Shown here in pieces: positions 62,975-64,000 of a stretch of 64,000 bases of DNA. The stretch lies in assembly GCA_009777825.1 (NCBI GenBank), contig WRLA01000001.1, positions 12,852 through 76,851 on the forward strand. Reading direction: 5' to 3'. The position numbers and the translations under genes are program-made. The notes below the pieces were generated by a model. That model did not search any database and was not told the origin of the DNA. It was given only the letters and a program-made list of their open reading frames with translations. Numbering within the stretch: position 1 is the first letter of the stretch; each line of letters begins with the position of its first letter. Origin of the DNA: Bacteroidales bacterium (GTDB lineage Bacteria; Bacteroidota; Bacteroidia; Bacteroidales; WRLA01).

Positions 62975-63303
62975 TACAAGAATTGTGCTATTACATGATT
63001 ATTTGCAATATAGCGGACCAGATAGATTGTTTCGCCGTTATTGAGATATTTGGTGAAGAATACGTACCATGTTGTGCGTTTGTTTTTTCTGAAAAAGGTG
63101 TAATACATACCTTTTCCGTATTTGTCGAAATGTGGCGGGGCGGGTCTGTGTTGGCGTGTTGGGAGGTCTGCCATAATGTCGTCAATCAAACTTTCAACAT
63201 AGTTGTGTGCAGCGCTCTCAAATACGAAATACCCATTTTCATAAAGAATCGGGACAAGCTCGTCTAAATATTCCTGTACTTTTGGTATAAATATTACTGA
63301 CAT
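62974..63303 (-). CDS. hypothetical protein, possible toxin partner
   Basis: 109 aa, 2 nt downstream of a Phd-like small ORF. No family recognised by eye. Confidence 0.5.
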   Translation of the reverse strand: MSVIFIPKVQEYLDELVPILYENGYFVFESAAHNYVESLIDDIMADLPTRQHRPAPPHFDKYGKGMYYTFFRKNKRTTWYVFFTKYLNNGETIYLVRYIANNHVIAQFL

Positions 63304-63305
63304 TG

Positions 63306-63554
63306 CTACTGTTTTTTTGCAAAGAAATAACTAATAGACGCTTTCATTCTTTTTTTTAATTCCGTTCCTGTTATAGCGCTTCGCAAATCATCATCAGGCT
63401 CTAAAAAAGGCTGTGGAGGATATTGCTCTTCAATAGGTCTGCTTACAAGACGAAACATGTAATCGCCTCGTTGAATACAAACATCTTCATCTAAAGCCAA
63501 GTCGAAATACTTGCCTTCATTGCTTATAAACTCTTTACTGCTAACTAACGTCAT
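63306..63554 (-). CDS. putative Phd/YefM-like antitoxin
   Basis: 82 aa. The N-terminus MTLVSSKEFISNEGKYFDLALDEDVCIQRG resembles the Phd/YefM N-terminal pattern. A -7 box lies at 63580-63587. Confidence 0.45.
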   Translation of the reverse strand: MTLVSSKEFISNEGKYFDLALDEDVCIQRGDYMFRLVSRPIEEQYPPQPFLEPDDDLRSAITGTELKKRMKASISYFFAKKQ

Positions 63555-63579
63555 CGGTTTATCGTTTTAAAATTTTGTT

Positions 63580-63587
63580 GCAAAAGT
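63580..63587 (-). promoter_or_regulatory. -7 promoter box (TACTTTTG on minus strand)
   Basis: Lies 26 nt upstream of the ATG at 63554. Confidence 0.45.
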
Positions 63588-63628
63588 ACATTAAATTCTC
63601 GAAATGTGAACTATATTTTTTATTAGTC

Positions 63629-63990
63629 AATCATCCCCATCACTCAAATCACCCTAAAATCACAGTTCAGACAATTTTTGCGATGTGCGATGTGAGACTG
63701 TGAGACACAAGACGCTGTGTCCCGTCATTGCGAACGAAGTGAAGCAATCCAGAGAGTTTTTCAGCACAGAGACGCAGGGAACACAGAGGTTCACAGAGTC
63801 TTTATCATCCCCATCCCTTAAATCACCCTAAAATCACAGCTCAGACAATTTTTGCGATGTGCGATGTGCGATGTGAGACTGTCAGACACAAGACGTTTAG
63901 ACATACGGAATGCTGTTTGGAAATAGCGCCCTTTGCGTAAACCTTTTGCGTCTTTGCGTTTAATGATTTTCTAACGCAAAGACGCAAAGG
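63629..63990. repeat. dense mosaic repeat block (P+M1, M2, M3, P+M1, gcaaag hairpin)
   Basis: 63629-63713 is P+M1. 63714-63755 is M2. 63756-63799 is M3. 63800-63895 is a second P+M1 with one extra gcgatgt unit. 63946-63987 is the hairpin ttgcgtctttgcgtt/aacgcaaagacgcaa. Confidence 0.8.
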
Positions 63991-64000
63991 ATGAAACCGC

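Overview
This is a 64-kb chromosomal segment from a Bacteroidales-type (Bacteroidota) genome. The assignment rests on four things: the 16S rRNA sequence, TAnnTTTG -7 promoter boxes in front of most transcription units, an LpxC-FabZ fusion, and T9SS C-terminal sorting domains. About 80% of the coding sequence is on the minus strand.

Core genes:
- Gfo/Idh/MocA oxidoreductase, cvpA, a secreted GH3 hexosaminidase-like enzyme, PBP4-type DD-peptidase
- type II glutaminyl cyclase, LptD-like protein, dapF, trkH-trkA
- EF-G2-like paralog, OlsF-like fused acyltransferase, dxs
- lpxA, lpxC/fabZ and lpxD, followed by a zinc-ribbon protein and Nif3
- tRNA-Thr(CGU)

Main points of interest:
1. A 15.5-kb ORF (~5,170 aa) encodes a modular surface adhesin. 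It has four LamG-like modules, Big_2, GLUG and Listeria-Bacteroides repeats, 20 SprB-type repeats and four Ig-like repeats. It ends in a dockerin-like EF-hand pair instead of a T9SS CTD. Inside it is a 996-bp tandem array with a 1,992-bp higher-order periodicity.
2. A 16S rRNA gene forms a self-contained unit with its own promoter, processing stem and terminator. No 23S or ITS tRNAs lie downstream.
3. Short mosaic repeats and GC hairpins fill the intergenic spaces. They also occur, with the reading frame preserved, inside the T9SS CTD coding region of an LRR protein.
4. An AlbA_2/HATPase_c_4/wHTH protein carries a recent tandem duplication and an NNTI-coding 12-bp microsatellite. Its stop codon lies 1 nt upstream of a 1,803-aa thioester-containing alpha-2-macroglobulin lipoprotein.
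5. Several small accessory islets are present: an ATPase cassette bracketed by 22-bp direct repeats next to a WYL pseudogene, a KilA-N/LRR/MazEF islet between dxs and lpxA, a PIN toxin with an internal deletion, a LanC-like remnant, and a Phd-like pair.

I did not see a transposase, integrase, CRISPR array or reverse transcriptase. All family assignments come from motif recognition by eye. No database search was run.
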